DNA of 63,858 bases, counting the filler, from Octopus bimaculoides (Eukaryota): NCBI RefSeq assembly GCF_001194135.2. It is 7 parts of 7 records of this genome, joined end to end, with 100 filler letters (N's around TTAATTAATTAA, not from the genome) between each part and the next. Parts side by side here need not be neighbours in the genome. Positions count along the whole stretch, not along the records: positions 36,318 to 44,766 come from NC_068988.1; positions 44,867 to 52,352 come from NC_068997.1; 5 more parts are not named here. One strand, 5' to 3'. The translations under genes were made by a program, and so were the position numbers. The notes beneath the pieces are model-generated. The model saw only the letters and a program-made list of their open reading frames with translations, was not told where the DNA came from and did no database searches. Below are positions 38,541-50,232 of this stretch, one piece after another; position 1 is the stretch's first letter, and every line of letters begins with the position of its first letter.

Positions 38541-40061
38541 CAGCCTTGGCCAAAATTATGGAGCAGGTATGAGAAAATGGAGAATATGACTGAAACTCAT
38601 TTACTTAATAATTGAAAACAGTATAATAAACATTAATAAACATATATCATGTGTCCTCCTTTTGCTTTTATAACTGCTTTTATGCATTTTTGTACACTTG
38701 AGACTAAGTTGGTGCAAGTGGCTGGATCAATTTCCTACCACTCATTGTGTGACACTAATGTTATTTCCTATTTTTTCAGTGAATATCTTATTGATAACTT
38801 ATCAGTGGTCAATATTTGTTGAAAGTGTTTTCAAAGAAAAAGATACCTGAAGCTCAAAAGGGCTCAAATAATTGCATTATCCAGTAAAGATTGAAATGCT
38901 CTAGAAAAGATGTCTATCAAAAAGTACAATGAGACAAATTCTTTCAAAAACTGTAAAGGACGAGATTGCAAAAAGTGTACAACCATGAAGCAAGACAGGT
39001 TTCGGCCAATAGGAAAGCGAACTCTACTGACGTAGCTGCTGAGTTTCAGGTGGAAACAAACAAGGAGATATCAACTCACACAGTGAAAAGAAGGTTTTTT
39101 TAGAAGCTGGGTTCAAAAGATGTAAAGCCAGAAAGAAGCCATTGCTGTCTGAGGTGAATATGAAGAAGTGATTGTCTTGAGTAAATAAAGCATTAAGATT
39201 TGACTGATGATGATTGGGCGAAAGTTTTTTGGTCTAATGAAAGTAACTTTGATGAAAGTTCTCCACATTCATTTCAGACCACTTTACTAGGCATAATTGA
39301 AATTCTTACACTTGTATAAATGTTTTAATGGATACCAAAAATGATCAGTAATTTTTTTTTCTCTTCAGATCTTTGTAACTCCTGGAGCTGTTTATGTTCA
39401 TTGTAGAGTTGGGGATGCTTATCATCCTGGATGTGTGGTCCCAAAAGTCAAATTTGCAACCCCAAGCCAGTATGCTTCCTCCTGGAAGCATACTGGCTTG
39501 GGGTTGCATGTCATCTTCAGGCCCAGGAATGTTGTTCACTTTTGAGGACAGAATGAATTCCAACATTTACACCAGCATGATCAAGTTTATCAACATTACT
39601 TAGCTAAAATTTTCAATGATAACATCTTAAATGCCATAATCTTTCAACAAGACAATGCTCCATGTCACACACCCAGAGTCTCAATGGGTTGGTTTGAGGA
39701 GAAAGGGATGAGGGTGATGAAATGGCCCCCTCAGTCTCCAGACCTCAATCCCACTGAGCATTTGTGGTGACACTTAGGTACAAGAAGGTGGACAAATGTT
39801 CTTCAAACAGCAAATTAGAAGCCAAAATTCATAAAGAATGGCAGAAAACTGATCCAGCCATCTTAGTCTCACCATCCTAGTCTCACGTATGAAAAAATGA
39901 ACAAAAGCAGTTATAAAAGTAAAAGGAGGACACATGAAATATTAATTATTAATGGGAGAGACTCTAGAATGTTTATCATACTGTTTTCAATTATTAAGTA
40001 AATGAGTTTCAATCATATTCTCCATTTTTTCATACCTGCACCATAATTTTGGCCAAGGCTG
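38541..40061 (+). mobile_element. Full-length but defective Tc1 (DD34E) transposon with a putative intron
   Basis: 94-bp near-perfect TIRs (38541-38634 / 39968-40061) with TA TSD. Translation gives KRAQIIAL, ARKKPLLS, WAKVFWSNES, GSILAWGCMS, FQQDNAPCH (D at 39651) and WPPQSPDLNPTEHLW (E at 39756), 34 residues between D and E. Confidence 0.93.
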
Positions 40062-40074
40062 TATATATTTTAAT

Positions 40075-40272
40075 ATAGGCACAAGACCAGTAGTTTTGTG
40101 TGAGGATAGTCAATTATATTGATTCCAGTACTTGAATGGTACTTATTTTAATGACCCCAGAGGATGAAAGGTAAAGTCGACCTCAGCAGCATTTGAACTC
40201 AGAGTGTAAAGCTGGAAGAAATGCCACTAAGCATTATGTTTGGTAGACTAACAATTCTGTCAGCTCACTGCC
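40075..40272 (-). mobile_element. SINE family B copy
   Basis: GGATGAAAGGTAAAGTCGACCTCAGCAGCATTTGAACTCAGAG. Confidence 0.8.
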
Positions 40273-40542
40273 TGAAGTGAAACCAACATCATCTCAACAG
40301 TGACAACCTATTCTGCAGCATGGCAATCATTCCACAATACCAGTTGATGTAATGTTCACTGATTTCTACATATCAAGGGAGGAATTTTATTGAAGCCAGT
40401 GACAAATAGGTACACATTCTTGATAAGTCTCAAGAAAGGTGTTACTCAATTAATGTTCATATGAGTTGCTGCTTTGTTGATGCTATTTTTACATCAATAT
40501 ATATTGTATTTATAACTTAACATGTATATATGTATACATAGT

Positions 40543-40885
40543 GAAGGTGCATGGCTCAGTGGTTAGAATGTTGGGCTCACAATCATGAGGTAGTGAGTTC
40601 AATTCCCAGACCGGATTGTGTGTTGTGTTCTTGAGCAAGACACTTTATTTCATGTTGCTCCAGTTCACTTGGCTGTAGAAATGAGTTGTGACATCACTTA
40701 TGCCAAGCTATATCAGCCATGCCTTTCTCTTGGATAACTTCAGTGGTGTGGAGAGAGGAGACTGGTATGTATAGGCGACTACTGGTCTTCCATAAACAAC
40801 CATACCTGGACTTGTACATCAGAGGGTAACTTTCTAGGTGAATAACCATGGGATTCCATGGTTATTCATGACCGAAGGGGGTTTT
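40543..40885 (+). mobile_element. SINE family D, near full length
   Basis: TGGCTCAGTGGTTAG A box, GAGTTCAATTCC B box, CTTGAGCAAGACACTTTATTTCA; the body matches 63661-63858. Confidence 0.88.
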
Positions 40886-40903
40886 TAACCATATATATAT
40901 ATA

Positions 40904-41071
40904 AGGGGTAAACCACAAGCTACTCTTCAGGACAAAGATACCTTGGTTACATGAAGTTTACATAGACATTAGGAGATCCCCTGCAAGTTAACACTGGATC
41001 TCCTAATGACTATGTGAACTTCATGTAATCAAGGTATCCTTGGCATAAAGAGTAGCTTGTGGTTTACCCCT
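40904..41071. mobile_element. 168-bp fold-back MITE
   Basis: About 76-bp arms (AGGGGTAAACCACAAGCTACTCTT...GGAGATCC / GGATCTCC...AAGAGTAGCTTGTGGTTTACCCCT), about 8 mismatches, 16-nt loop, TA flanks. Confidence 0.85.
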
Positions 41072-41493
41072 TATTTGGATAATTACTACTTCCAAGGTTC
41101 TGCTAGCTATGAAACATATGTAGCCTGGATCTTATCTACCTCTTACCCTAATTTTGGGATACTTATAAGCATATACAGCAACCCTAGTTGCTAACCATGA
41201 ACAATAAAATAACCCATTTTCAGCTTATCATACTTCAATACGGGAAAATTCACAACCCTCTGTGCCAATAAACCACTATTGTTCCTGAAAGTTGTTCTTT
41301 ATATCTTCTACGGACTGCTTGAAGCTCACTAACTTCCTACAGCTTGATCCTTGCATCTTGTCTTTAAACATACACACACACACACATGCATGAATGTATG
41401 AGTGTGTGTGTGTATGTATGTATGTATGTATGTATGTATGTATGTACACGGTGGTTATCTACTCCTTATGTAGAGTTTTACCACCTTCTGTAC

Positions 41494-41700
41494 CTACACC
41501 TTAAAGCCATCATGGCATCTGATGTGGCTTTTTAAATCAGACAATGTTTTGAAAAAACACCCACATAGATTGTATATCAGATTTGGGTCACCAAGAGCTG
41601 CAGTCAAGTTCTGATCTTTGTGGATCTTAAAATGTCTTTTGACGCCTCTGTTAGATTTGCAGACCTTCTGGCATACATTGCATTGAAAGGTGTACACAGA
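41494..41700 (-). pseudogene. Two C2H2 zinc-finger-like motifs (RTE-type LINE C-terminus or ZNF relic)
   Basis: FQCNVCQKVCKSNRGVKRHFKIH and LIYNLCGCFFKTLSDLKSHIRCH; the second finger has Y at the first Cys position. Confidence 0.55.
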
Positions 41701-41957
41701 AACATGGGCAGAATAGTACATACACATACAACACCAAATAGTTTATCTAACCATTTCCCCCTGTAACTCCAGCTCTATAAGTTTTCTTCAACTTCAAAAA
41801 TCCAACAGTTCCATCCGAAAATTAGGAATATTAATTCCCCACTAGTTTCTCTACATATAAGATGAGGATGAAAACGTTAAGCAAATTGTTGCTGCTGTAA
41901 CTTACCCCGTTGCTACTCAAATCCTTCAATTCGGTTAAATGAGTCTATAGTGTGTGG

Positions 41958-41993
<36 letters not shown>

Positions 41994-43412
41994 CTATCTA
42001 TCTATCTNNNNNNNNNNNNNNNNNNNNNNNNNNNNNNNNNNNNNNNNNNNNNNNNNNNNNNNNNNNNNNNNNNNNNNNNNNNNNNNNNNNNNNNNNNNNN
42101 NNNNNNNGGAGGAGCCGGAATCCAGCTAGCAGACCAAATCTAGATGAAAACAGATTATCAAATGTTAGAAGAGATATCTTCAGAAATACCAGACTCATAG
42201 ATACAGAATTAACCTCTATTAAAAAAAGTGGTAGAGAATGACCTAAATATAAGTCAGGAAAGAAATAACGAAACAGAGGAGAGGAATGTTGGACCACAAG
42301 CATTGACTGAAAGGCGACCATCTGCCGAAACAACTCAAGAGCCTGAAGAAAAAGGAGAATATAATGAACCTAGGAAAAACAGCCAGGAAAATGATGTCGA
42401 AACAGAATTTGAAGACCACATATTTGCTGAGCAACACAGAAAATCGATCATTGAAATGAAGCAGGAAGTTCTGAATGAGCTTGCAGTTGTAGGGCATACA
42501 AATATGAATGATAGGGAACCACTCTATAAACTCTTAAATGCACACCAACATAAAACGCAAATAAAAATTGGCAACTGCGTTACACAAGAAATCATACAAC
42601 TAAAACCCGATCTTAATAAGTTAAATGAAATTATTTACTCTGTTGCTAAGGTAATCGAAATACGCTGTTTAACACCCAAAAAGCCAACAATACCAAATTC
42701 GAAAAGAAAACCAAACTGGAGGAGTAGAATTGAAACTGAGATTGAATCATTGCGAAGGGAGATATCAATATTAACTGAGCTAATCTCAGGAAATGATATA
42801 CGATCAAGAAAAGGTAGGAAGATCGTGAGAAAATATGGACTCTCAACAAAAGAAGAACTTATGTCAGCGAATGAAACACGTAAACAAAAAGTTCAAGCTT
42901 AGAGAATACGCAGATTTGAGAAAAGAATCAGATTCTACAGATAAAATAAAATGTTCTGGAGTGATGAGAAGCCATACAATGAAAATGCAAACTGAATCAA
43001 ACGCACCCAAGATGCCTTCAAAAATCTACAAGAACAGGTATGGGAAGACTTCTCAATCGCCGACCCAAGGAGGACGCTAACGTAGGCTCATAAGTGGAAA
43101 TCCCCTGGTATTGATAGAGTACCAAATTTCTGGCTCTCATCACTCTCGTCCGCACACAAAATGTTAGTAATACTATTTAATAGTATTATGAAAGACCCAG
43201 AAAAAACTCCCCATTGGATGGCAAATGGTATTATCTACCTCCCCAAAAATAATGAAACCAAAATTTCTCCTGTGATTTCAGATTTTTTAAAGTATAATAT
43301 GTCACTATGGAACACGAAACTGCAATTATATCATTCTACAATATTAGCATCTTTCGTATGTGTATTTGGTGTGCACGATTCTTGATGTGAATACGTGTGT
43401 TGAAAGAAATAC

Positions 43413-44600
43413 TATTAAACCTTGGGAGAGGCATTATGCCGGTAATAAACACACGCACTGGTTCGGTCATTTATTTATTTATAAACAGTATTTAGTTTTT
43501 TTTTAATAATTTCATTGCACTCTTGCAATCTCTTCAGTAACCCGTCTCTCCACTTCCATTTAATTTGAATGTATGATTCAGCGTTGTTTTGAAATTGTCC
43601 GGTATGAGCATGTGAGTGTGTGCACACTCGTATGTGTGCGTAGTTATATGTAAGCATGTGCGTCCATATGTGTGTTTGTTAAGATAGAAACTTTGGACTT
43701 GGTTTTGGCTTTCTCTCTGTTATTTTCTGTTTTCTTCGTAAATGCATCCTTTCATTTTCACGTTCACGTTCTGTATTTTATATGTGAACAACATCTGCAA
43801 CCATAGGTAATTGTAAGGCTTTTATCTATGTGTAATTGCTTTTCAAAATTGGTTGTGTTTCAGTTATGAGGACCGACTCTTGTATTTGCCGTAACGATGC
43901 GTCATCGAAGTGTCTAGACAGAATTTCTATGCTAATCCGGTCCAGTACACCACCATGTTGTTCTTTTGCATACTGGTAGAGCACCGAGGTTTGTTTGTGA
44001 TTCTTGTAGTCCCTTCAATGTTCATTTACACACTCAGTCAAACTTATCGCCGTTTCTTCTATGTATGCCGTGTTTCCGTTTTTACAATCACCATCCATAC
44101 AGCTTATTCTGTAAACCACATTTCTGGTTTTGCAGTTGATACCAGGACTATATTTGCACACAGTGCAATTCTCTTTTACACATCTTGTTCTTCTGAAGGG
44201 GGTACGTTTTGCATATTATCGACCTAATGGATCTCCCTGGTTTTTCTATGACATTTATCTTCAACTTCGTACTTTTGAGGATTTTTCTAAATCTGCGGGC
44301 CAGTTCTCCGTGTGGTGTGGCGTCTATAAACATTACTCCTTGGAACTTGTCGGTATTGTACCACGTGTTCTTTCTGTTTGTTTTATCACTAATTCTTTGT
44401 TCTTATAAACAGTGGAATCGACTACAACGCTGAATCATACATTCAAATTAAATGGAAGTGGAGAGACGAGTTACTGAAGAGATTGCAAGAGTGCAATGAA
44501 ATGATTTAACAAAAAAACTAAATACTGTTTATAAATAAATAAAGGACCGAAGCAGTGCGTGTGTTTATTACCGGCATAATGCCTCTCCCAAGGTTTAATA
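43413..44600 (-). mobile_element. 5'-truncated Penelope-like (Neptune-type) element with GIY-YIG remnant and inverted pLTRs
   Basis: Minus translation WYNTDKFQGVMFIDATPHGEL..VIEKPGRS..C..CTVC..CKTRNVVYRISC..AYIEET..NEH..LRQIQESVLI..QPIL; 175-bp inverted repeats at 43413-43586 and 44425-44600. Confidence 0.88.
44470..44510 (+). ncRNA. Minimal hammerhead ribozyme motif in the Penelope pLTR (degraded twin at 43501-43541, minus)
   Basis: GTTA-CTGAAGA-g-ATTGCA(agag)TGCAAT-GAAA-tga-TT-TAAC. Confidence 0.7.
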
Positions 44601-44866
44601 ATATTAGCATAAACTGTGGCATTTTCCAAGGTGACTCACTTTCACCACTAATTTTCTGCATAGCACTAATACCACTTTCAAGTGAACTGAATAGAACAGG
44701 GTATGGCTACAAAATTGACAACAGGAAAATAAGCCATCTATTTTATATGGATGATTTAAAACTATANNNNNNNNNNNNNNNNNNNNNNNNNNNNNNNNNN
44801 NNNNNNNNNNTTAATTAATTAANNNNNNNNNNNNNNNNNNNNNNNNNNNNNNNNNNNNNNNNNNNN

Positions 44867-44899
<33 letters not shown>

Positions 44900-45181
44900 A
44901 GAATGAAGAAAGATTTAGTTTAATGGTTTTTCATCTTACAGAGTAGTATTTTTTGTGCTATTCTTGGTGTTGGTGTCTGCGGTGTTGGTGTTGGTGTTGT
45001 TGTGTTGCTGTTGTTGTTGTTGTTGTTGGTAGTGGTGGTGGTGGTAGTAGTGGTATAGTGATTGTTTGCCTAATAACTTGATAGCATCATCTTCTCACAT
45101 ACTTCTTCACTAGCGGCCCAAACTGTCAATTAAATGTATAGACTCCCTTACATACATACATATATATATACAGACACACAC

Positions 45182-45227
<46 letters not shown>

Positions 45228-45326
45228 CTATATGTATGGATAAATATATGCATATATACACACCGCTACATATATGTGTATACACATATATATATTTTTG
45301 ATCTCACTCTTTCTCTCTCTCTCTCT

Positions 45327-45369
<43 letters not shown>

Positions 45370-45553
45370 TGTGTGTGTGTGTGTATATATGTATGTATGT
45401 ATGTATGCATGTATATGAATGGATGCCTGCGTATTGATCTATTTATGATCTCTATAGTTTTCTTATGCGCATATAGGTATTTATGTATTTATATTTGAAT
45501 TTCTGCAAATCACATTGTATATATGGTTCGATGTATGCAAGGTATACCTGTAT

Positions 45554-45606
<53 letters not shown>

Positions 45607-46094
45607 CGCGCATGCGTGTGTACGTTGGTACCTAACGAACATACACGCGCAGGCATACACTCAAACGCACATACGTCGCTCACGCGAATACACACACACA
45701 TACACATACACATATACATATATATATNNNNNNNNNNNNNNNNNNNNNNNNNNNNNNNNNNNNNNNNNNNNNNNNNNNNNNNNNNNNNNNNNNNNNNNNN
45801 NNNNNNNNNNNNNNNNNNNNNNNNNNNNNNNNNNNNNNNNNNNNNNNNNNNNNNNNNNNNNNNNNNNNNNNNNNNNNNNNNNNNNNNNNNNNNNNNNNNN
45901 NNNNNNNNNNNNNNNNNNNNNNNNNNNNNNNNNNNNNNNNNNNNNNNNNNNNNNNNNNNNNNNNNNNNNNNNNNNNNNNNNNNNNNNNNNNNNNNNNNNN
46001 NNNNNNNNNNNNNNNNNNNNNNNNNNNNNNNNNNNNNNNNNNNNNNNNNNNNNNNNNNNNNNNNNNNNNNNNNNNTATATATACACACACACGT

Positions 46095-46270
46095 GGAGGC
46101 GCAATGGCCCAGTGGTTTGGGCAGCGGACTCACGGTCGTAGGATCACGGTTTCGATTCCCAGAGTGTGCGCTGTTGTGATTTTGTTGAGTAAAAACACCT
46201 AAAGCTTCACGAGGCTCCGGCAGGGTGTGGTGGCGAACCCTGCTATATTCATTCACCACAACTTTCTCTC
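46095..46270 (+). mobile_element. SINE family C tRNA-like head
   Basis: GGAGGCGCAATGGCCCAGTGGTTTGGGCAGCGGACTCACGGTCGTAGGATCACGGTTTCGATTCCC (A and B boxes). Confidence 0.88.
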
Positions 46271-46484
46271 ACATACGAAAAATTATATATTTTTTTTATT
46301 TACAAATTGTCTAGTGTGCATAGCACTTATATTACCATTCAGTACACTCTGATCGTTTCCCGCTCATTCCTTGCTTCCGGCTGAATGCTACATAAAACTG
46401 TATTGTCAATTTTCCTAGGGTTTTTTTTTTTTCGTCCTTCAGTTACGCTTAAACGAAACAACTGCGTTTGGCATATATATGTGT

Positions 46485-46620
46485 GCGGTTCAGTAAAAGA
46501 CGCCGATAGAATCTTTAAAAATAATAAGCTCTGTATGGATTTGTTCGACTAAATAACCCTTCAATGCGGTGCCCCAGCATGACCACAGTCAAATGACTGA
46601 AACAAGTAAAAGATAAAAGA
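46485..46620 (+). mobile_element. SINE family A 3' end
   Basis: GCGGTGCCCCAGCATGACCACAGTCAAATGACTGAAACAAGTAAAAGATAAAAGA tail. Confidence 0.8.
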
Positions 46621-46749
46621 CATATATGCTCACATATATATTCTCACACACATATAGATATGTATATATACACATATACACACATACACTTTTATATATA
46701 CATGCATATACATATATAGAGTTATTAATATTTCTAAGTCTCTCTAAAG

Positions 46750-46815
46750 GAGATGCATACGTACCTACACAGAGATGCATACGTACCTACACAGAGATGC
46801 ATACGTACCTACACA
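46750..46815. repeat. 22-bp minisatellite, three copies
   Basis: AGATGCATACGTACCTACACAG repeated three times. Confidence 0.85.
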
Positions 46816-47347
46816 TATATATGAGTATGTACGTACGTACATATATACATAAATACATGCACGCATTCATACATACACAGAGAGAATGTGAAAAAAGTGA
46901 GAGATAGAACCAAATGCGAACAGAATCGCAGATATAAGTTAAGGAAACTGGATGGAAAATTGCTTATTCTTTCGCTTCACTGAAATGATAGACACCTCTC
47001 ATTCGCAAAAATCTATTCTATATTCTAGAAGAGGAAGATAACATACCCTGAAACAAAACATCACAATGTTCTCCCTATTGCGTGGGATAGGGGTCTTTGT
47101 TTCTGTCTAATCTTGCGTCCCTACGGGGGTTCGTAGTTGCATCGTATAAAAAAAATTTGGAAGGGTTTTGACAGATGTTTCTATTTATTTTAAATGTGGG
47201 CCAAGCGAATCGAAAACCCTTGATTTTTGCTTTTATTTTCATGAGTATACATTTTACGTATTTTAATCATTGGATTGCGGCCATGCTGGAACACCAACAT
47301 CAATGGTTGTTGTTGTCTTCCCAGACAAACATCTGACTATCCATACA

Positions 47348-47570
47348 TCTTTTACTTGTTTCATTCAGCTGACTGTGGCCATGCTGGAGCACTGCCTTTA
47401 GTCGAGCAAATCGACCCCAGGACTTATTCTTTGTAAGCTTAGTACTTATTCTATCGTTCACTTTTGCCGAACCGCTAATGTTACGGGGACGTAAACACAC
47501 CAGCATCGGTTGTCAAGCGATGTTGGGGTGGACAAACACAGACACACAAAAATATACACACACACATACA
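47348..47570 (-). mobile_element. SINE family A 3' half, young
   Basis: CTTTTACTTGTTTCA...GGCCATGCTGGAGCAC...GTTACGGGGACGTAAACACACCAGCATCGGTTGTCAAGCG, then microsatellite and a gap. Confidence 0.9.
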
Positions 47571-48525
47571 TACATATATATATATATATANNNNNNNNNN
47601 NNNNNNNNNNNNNNNNNNNNNNNNNNNNNNNNNNNNNNNNNNNNNNNNNNNNNNNNNNNNNNNNNNNNNNNNNNNNNNNNNNNNNNNNNNNNNNNNNNNN
47701 NNNNNNNNNNNNNNNNNNNNNNNNNNNNNNNNNNNNNNNNNNNNNNNNNNNNNNNNNNNNNNNNNNNNNNNNNNNNNNNNNNNNNNNNNNNNNNNNNNNN
47801 NNNNNNNNNNNNNNNNNNNNNNNNNNNNNNNNNNNNNNNNNNNNNNNNNNNNNNNNNNNNNNNNNNNNNNNNNNNNNNNNNNNNNNNNNNNNNNNNNNNN
47901 NNNNNNNNNNNNNNNNNNNNNNNNNNNNNNNNNNNNNNNNNNNNNNNNNNNNNNNNNNNNNNNNNNNNNNNNNNNNNNNNNNNNNNNNNNNNNNNNNNNN
48001 NNNNNNNNNNNNNNNNNNNNNNNNNNNNNNNNNNNNNNNNNNNNNNNNNNNNNNNNNNNNNNNNNNNNNNNNNNNNNNNNNNNNNNNNNNNNNNNNNNNN
48101 NNNNNNNNNNNNNNNNNNNNNNNNNNNNNNNNNNNNNNNNNNNNNNNNNNNNNNNNNNNNNNNNNNNNNNNNNNNNNNNNNNNNNNNNNNNNNNNNNNNN
48201 NNNNNNNNNNNNNNNNNNNNNNNNNNNNNNNNNNNNNNNNNNNNNNNNNNNNNNNNNNNNNNNNNNNNNNNNNNNNNNNNNNNNNNNNNNNNNNNNNNNN
48301 NNNNNNNNNNNNNNNNNNNNNNNNNNNNNNNNNNNNNNNNNNNNNNNNNNNNNNNNNNNNNNNNNNNNNNNNNNNNNNNNNNNNNNNNNNNNNNNNNNNN
48401 NNNNNNNNNNNNNNNNNNNNNNNNNNNNNNNNNNNNNNNNNNNNNNNNNNNNNNNNNNNNNNNNNNNNNNNNNNNNNNNNNNNNNNNNNNNNNNNNNNNN
48501 NNNNNNNNNNNNNNNNNNNNNNNNN

Positions 48526-48564
<39 letters not shown>

Positions 48565-50061
48565 TATACATGTATATATCTGTGTGTGCGTGTACACACG
48601 CATATATTTATATACACGGATAGAGGTATGCATATGTATATGATTCTCTTTCTCTCTATATATATATATGCCGGTTTATACATCGGTGTATATACATACA
48701 TTTATATACATATATGTATATATATAATATATGCATAAATATATGTATATATCATATAACTTACAGGTATATACATATACCTGTGCGCGTGTAAATGAAT
48801 ATACTCACACACACCTACACGTGCACAGGTATATTTATATGGAAAGTCCATACATACGTTTGGCGAGCAATTACCGTATCTAAAATGGGATTTTAAAGAG
48901 AATATGTCAGACTAATCTCTAAGCACATATATATTTACATAACGTATATGAATGTCTGTGCGTGTATATATATATATATATATATATATATNNNNNNNNN
49001 NNNNNNNNNNNNNNNNNNNNNNNNNNNNNNNNNNNNNNNNNNNNNNNNNNNNNNNNNNNNNNNNNNNNNNNNNNNNNNNNNNNNNNNNNNNNNNNNNNNN
49101 NNNNNNNNNNNNNNNNNNNNNNNNNNNNNNNNNNNNNNNNNNNNNNNNNNNNNNNNNNNNNNNNNNNNNNNNNNNNNNNNNNNNNNNNNNNNNNNNNNNN
49201 NNNNNNNNNNNNNNNNNNNNNNNNNNNNNNNNNNNNNNNNNNNNNNNNNNNNNNNNNNNNNNNNNNNNNNNNNNNNNNNNNNNNNNNNNNNNNNNNNNNN
49301 NNNNNNNNNNNNNNNNNNNNNNNNNNNNNNNNNNNNNNNNNNNNNNNNNNNNNNNNNNNNNNNNNNNNNNNNNNNNNNNNNNNNNNNNNNNNNNNNNNNN
49401 NNNNNNNNNNNNNNNNNNNNNNNNNNNNNNNNNNNNNNNNNNNNNNNNNNNNNNNNNNNNNNNNNNNNNNNNNNNNNNNNNNNNNNNNNNNNNNNNNNNN
49501 NNNNNNNNNNNNNNNNNNNNNNNNNNNNNNNNNNNNNNNNNNNNNNNNNNNNNNNNNNNNNNNNNNNNNNNNNNNNNNNNNNNNNNNNNNNNNNNNNNNN
49601 NNNNNNNNNNNNNNNNNNNNNNNNNNNNNNNNNNNNNNNNNNNNNNNNNNNNNNNNNNNNNNNNNNNNNNNNNNNNNNNNNNNNNNNNNNNNNNNNNNNN
49701 NNNNNNNNNNNNNNNNNNNNNNNNNNNNNNNNNNNNNNNNNNNNNNNNNNNNNNNNNNNNNNNNNNNNNNNNNNNNNNNNNNNNNNNNNNNNNNNNNNNN
49801 NNNNNNNNNNNNNNNNNNNNNNNNNNNNNNNNNNNNNNNNNNNNNNNNNNNNNNNNNNNNNNNNNNNNNNNNNNNNNNNNNNNNNNNNNNNNNNNNNNNN
49901 NNNNNNNNNNNNNNNNNNNNNNNNNNNNNNNNNNNNNNNNNNNNNNNNNNNNNNNNNNNNNNNNNNNNNNNNNNNNNNNNNNNNNNNNTATATATATATA
50001 TGTATGTATATATATATATATATACATACATACATACATACTTACATACATACATACATAC

Positions 50062-50092
<31 letters not shown>

Positions 50093-50192
50093 CATACATG
50101 TACTTACTTGGAAATGGATGCGTGGCGTTCAATCAAATAATAATATAAATAATATATATATATGTGTACACACACATACACATACACACACA

Positions 50193-50232
<40 letters not shown>

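Larger units (their letters stand above)
42108..44766 (+). mobile_element. R4/Dong LINE fragment (N-terminal region to RT core), interrupted by a Penelope-like insertion
   Basis: NWRSRIETEIESLRREISILTE, WKSPGIDRVPNFWL..LFNSIM..PHWMANG..LPK (43090-43260), then resumes as INCGIFQGDSLSPLIFCIAL...HLFYMDDLKL (44605-44766). Confidence 0.9.

Noticed and set aside
27985-46165. tRNA-like sequences at 27985, 40543 and 46095
   Set aside because: They continue into multi-copy SINE bodies and lack a complete acceptor stem and terminator, so they are called SINE heads rather than tRNA genes.
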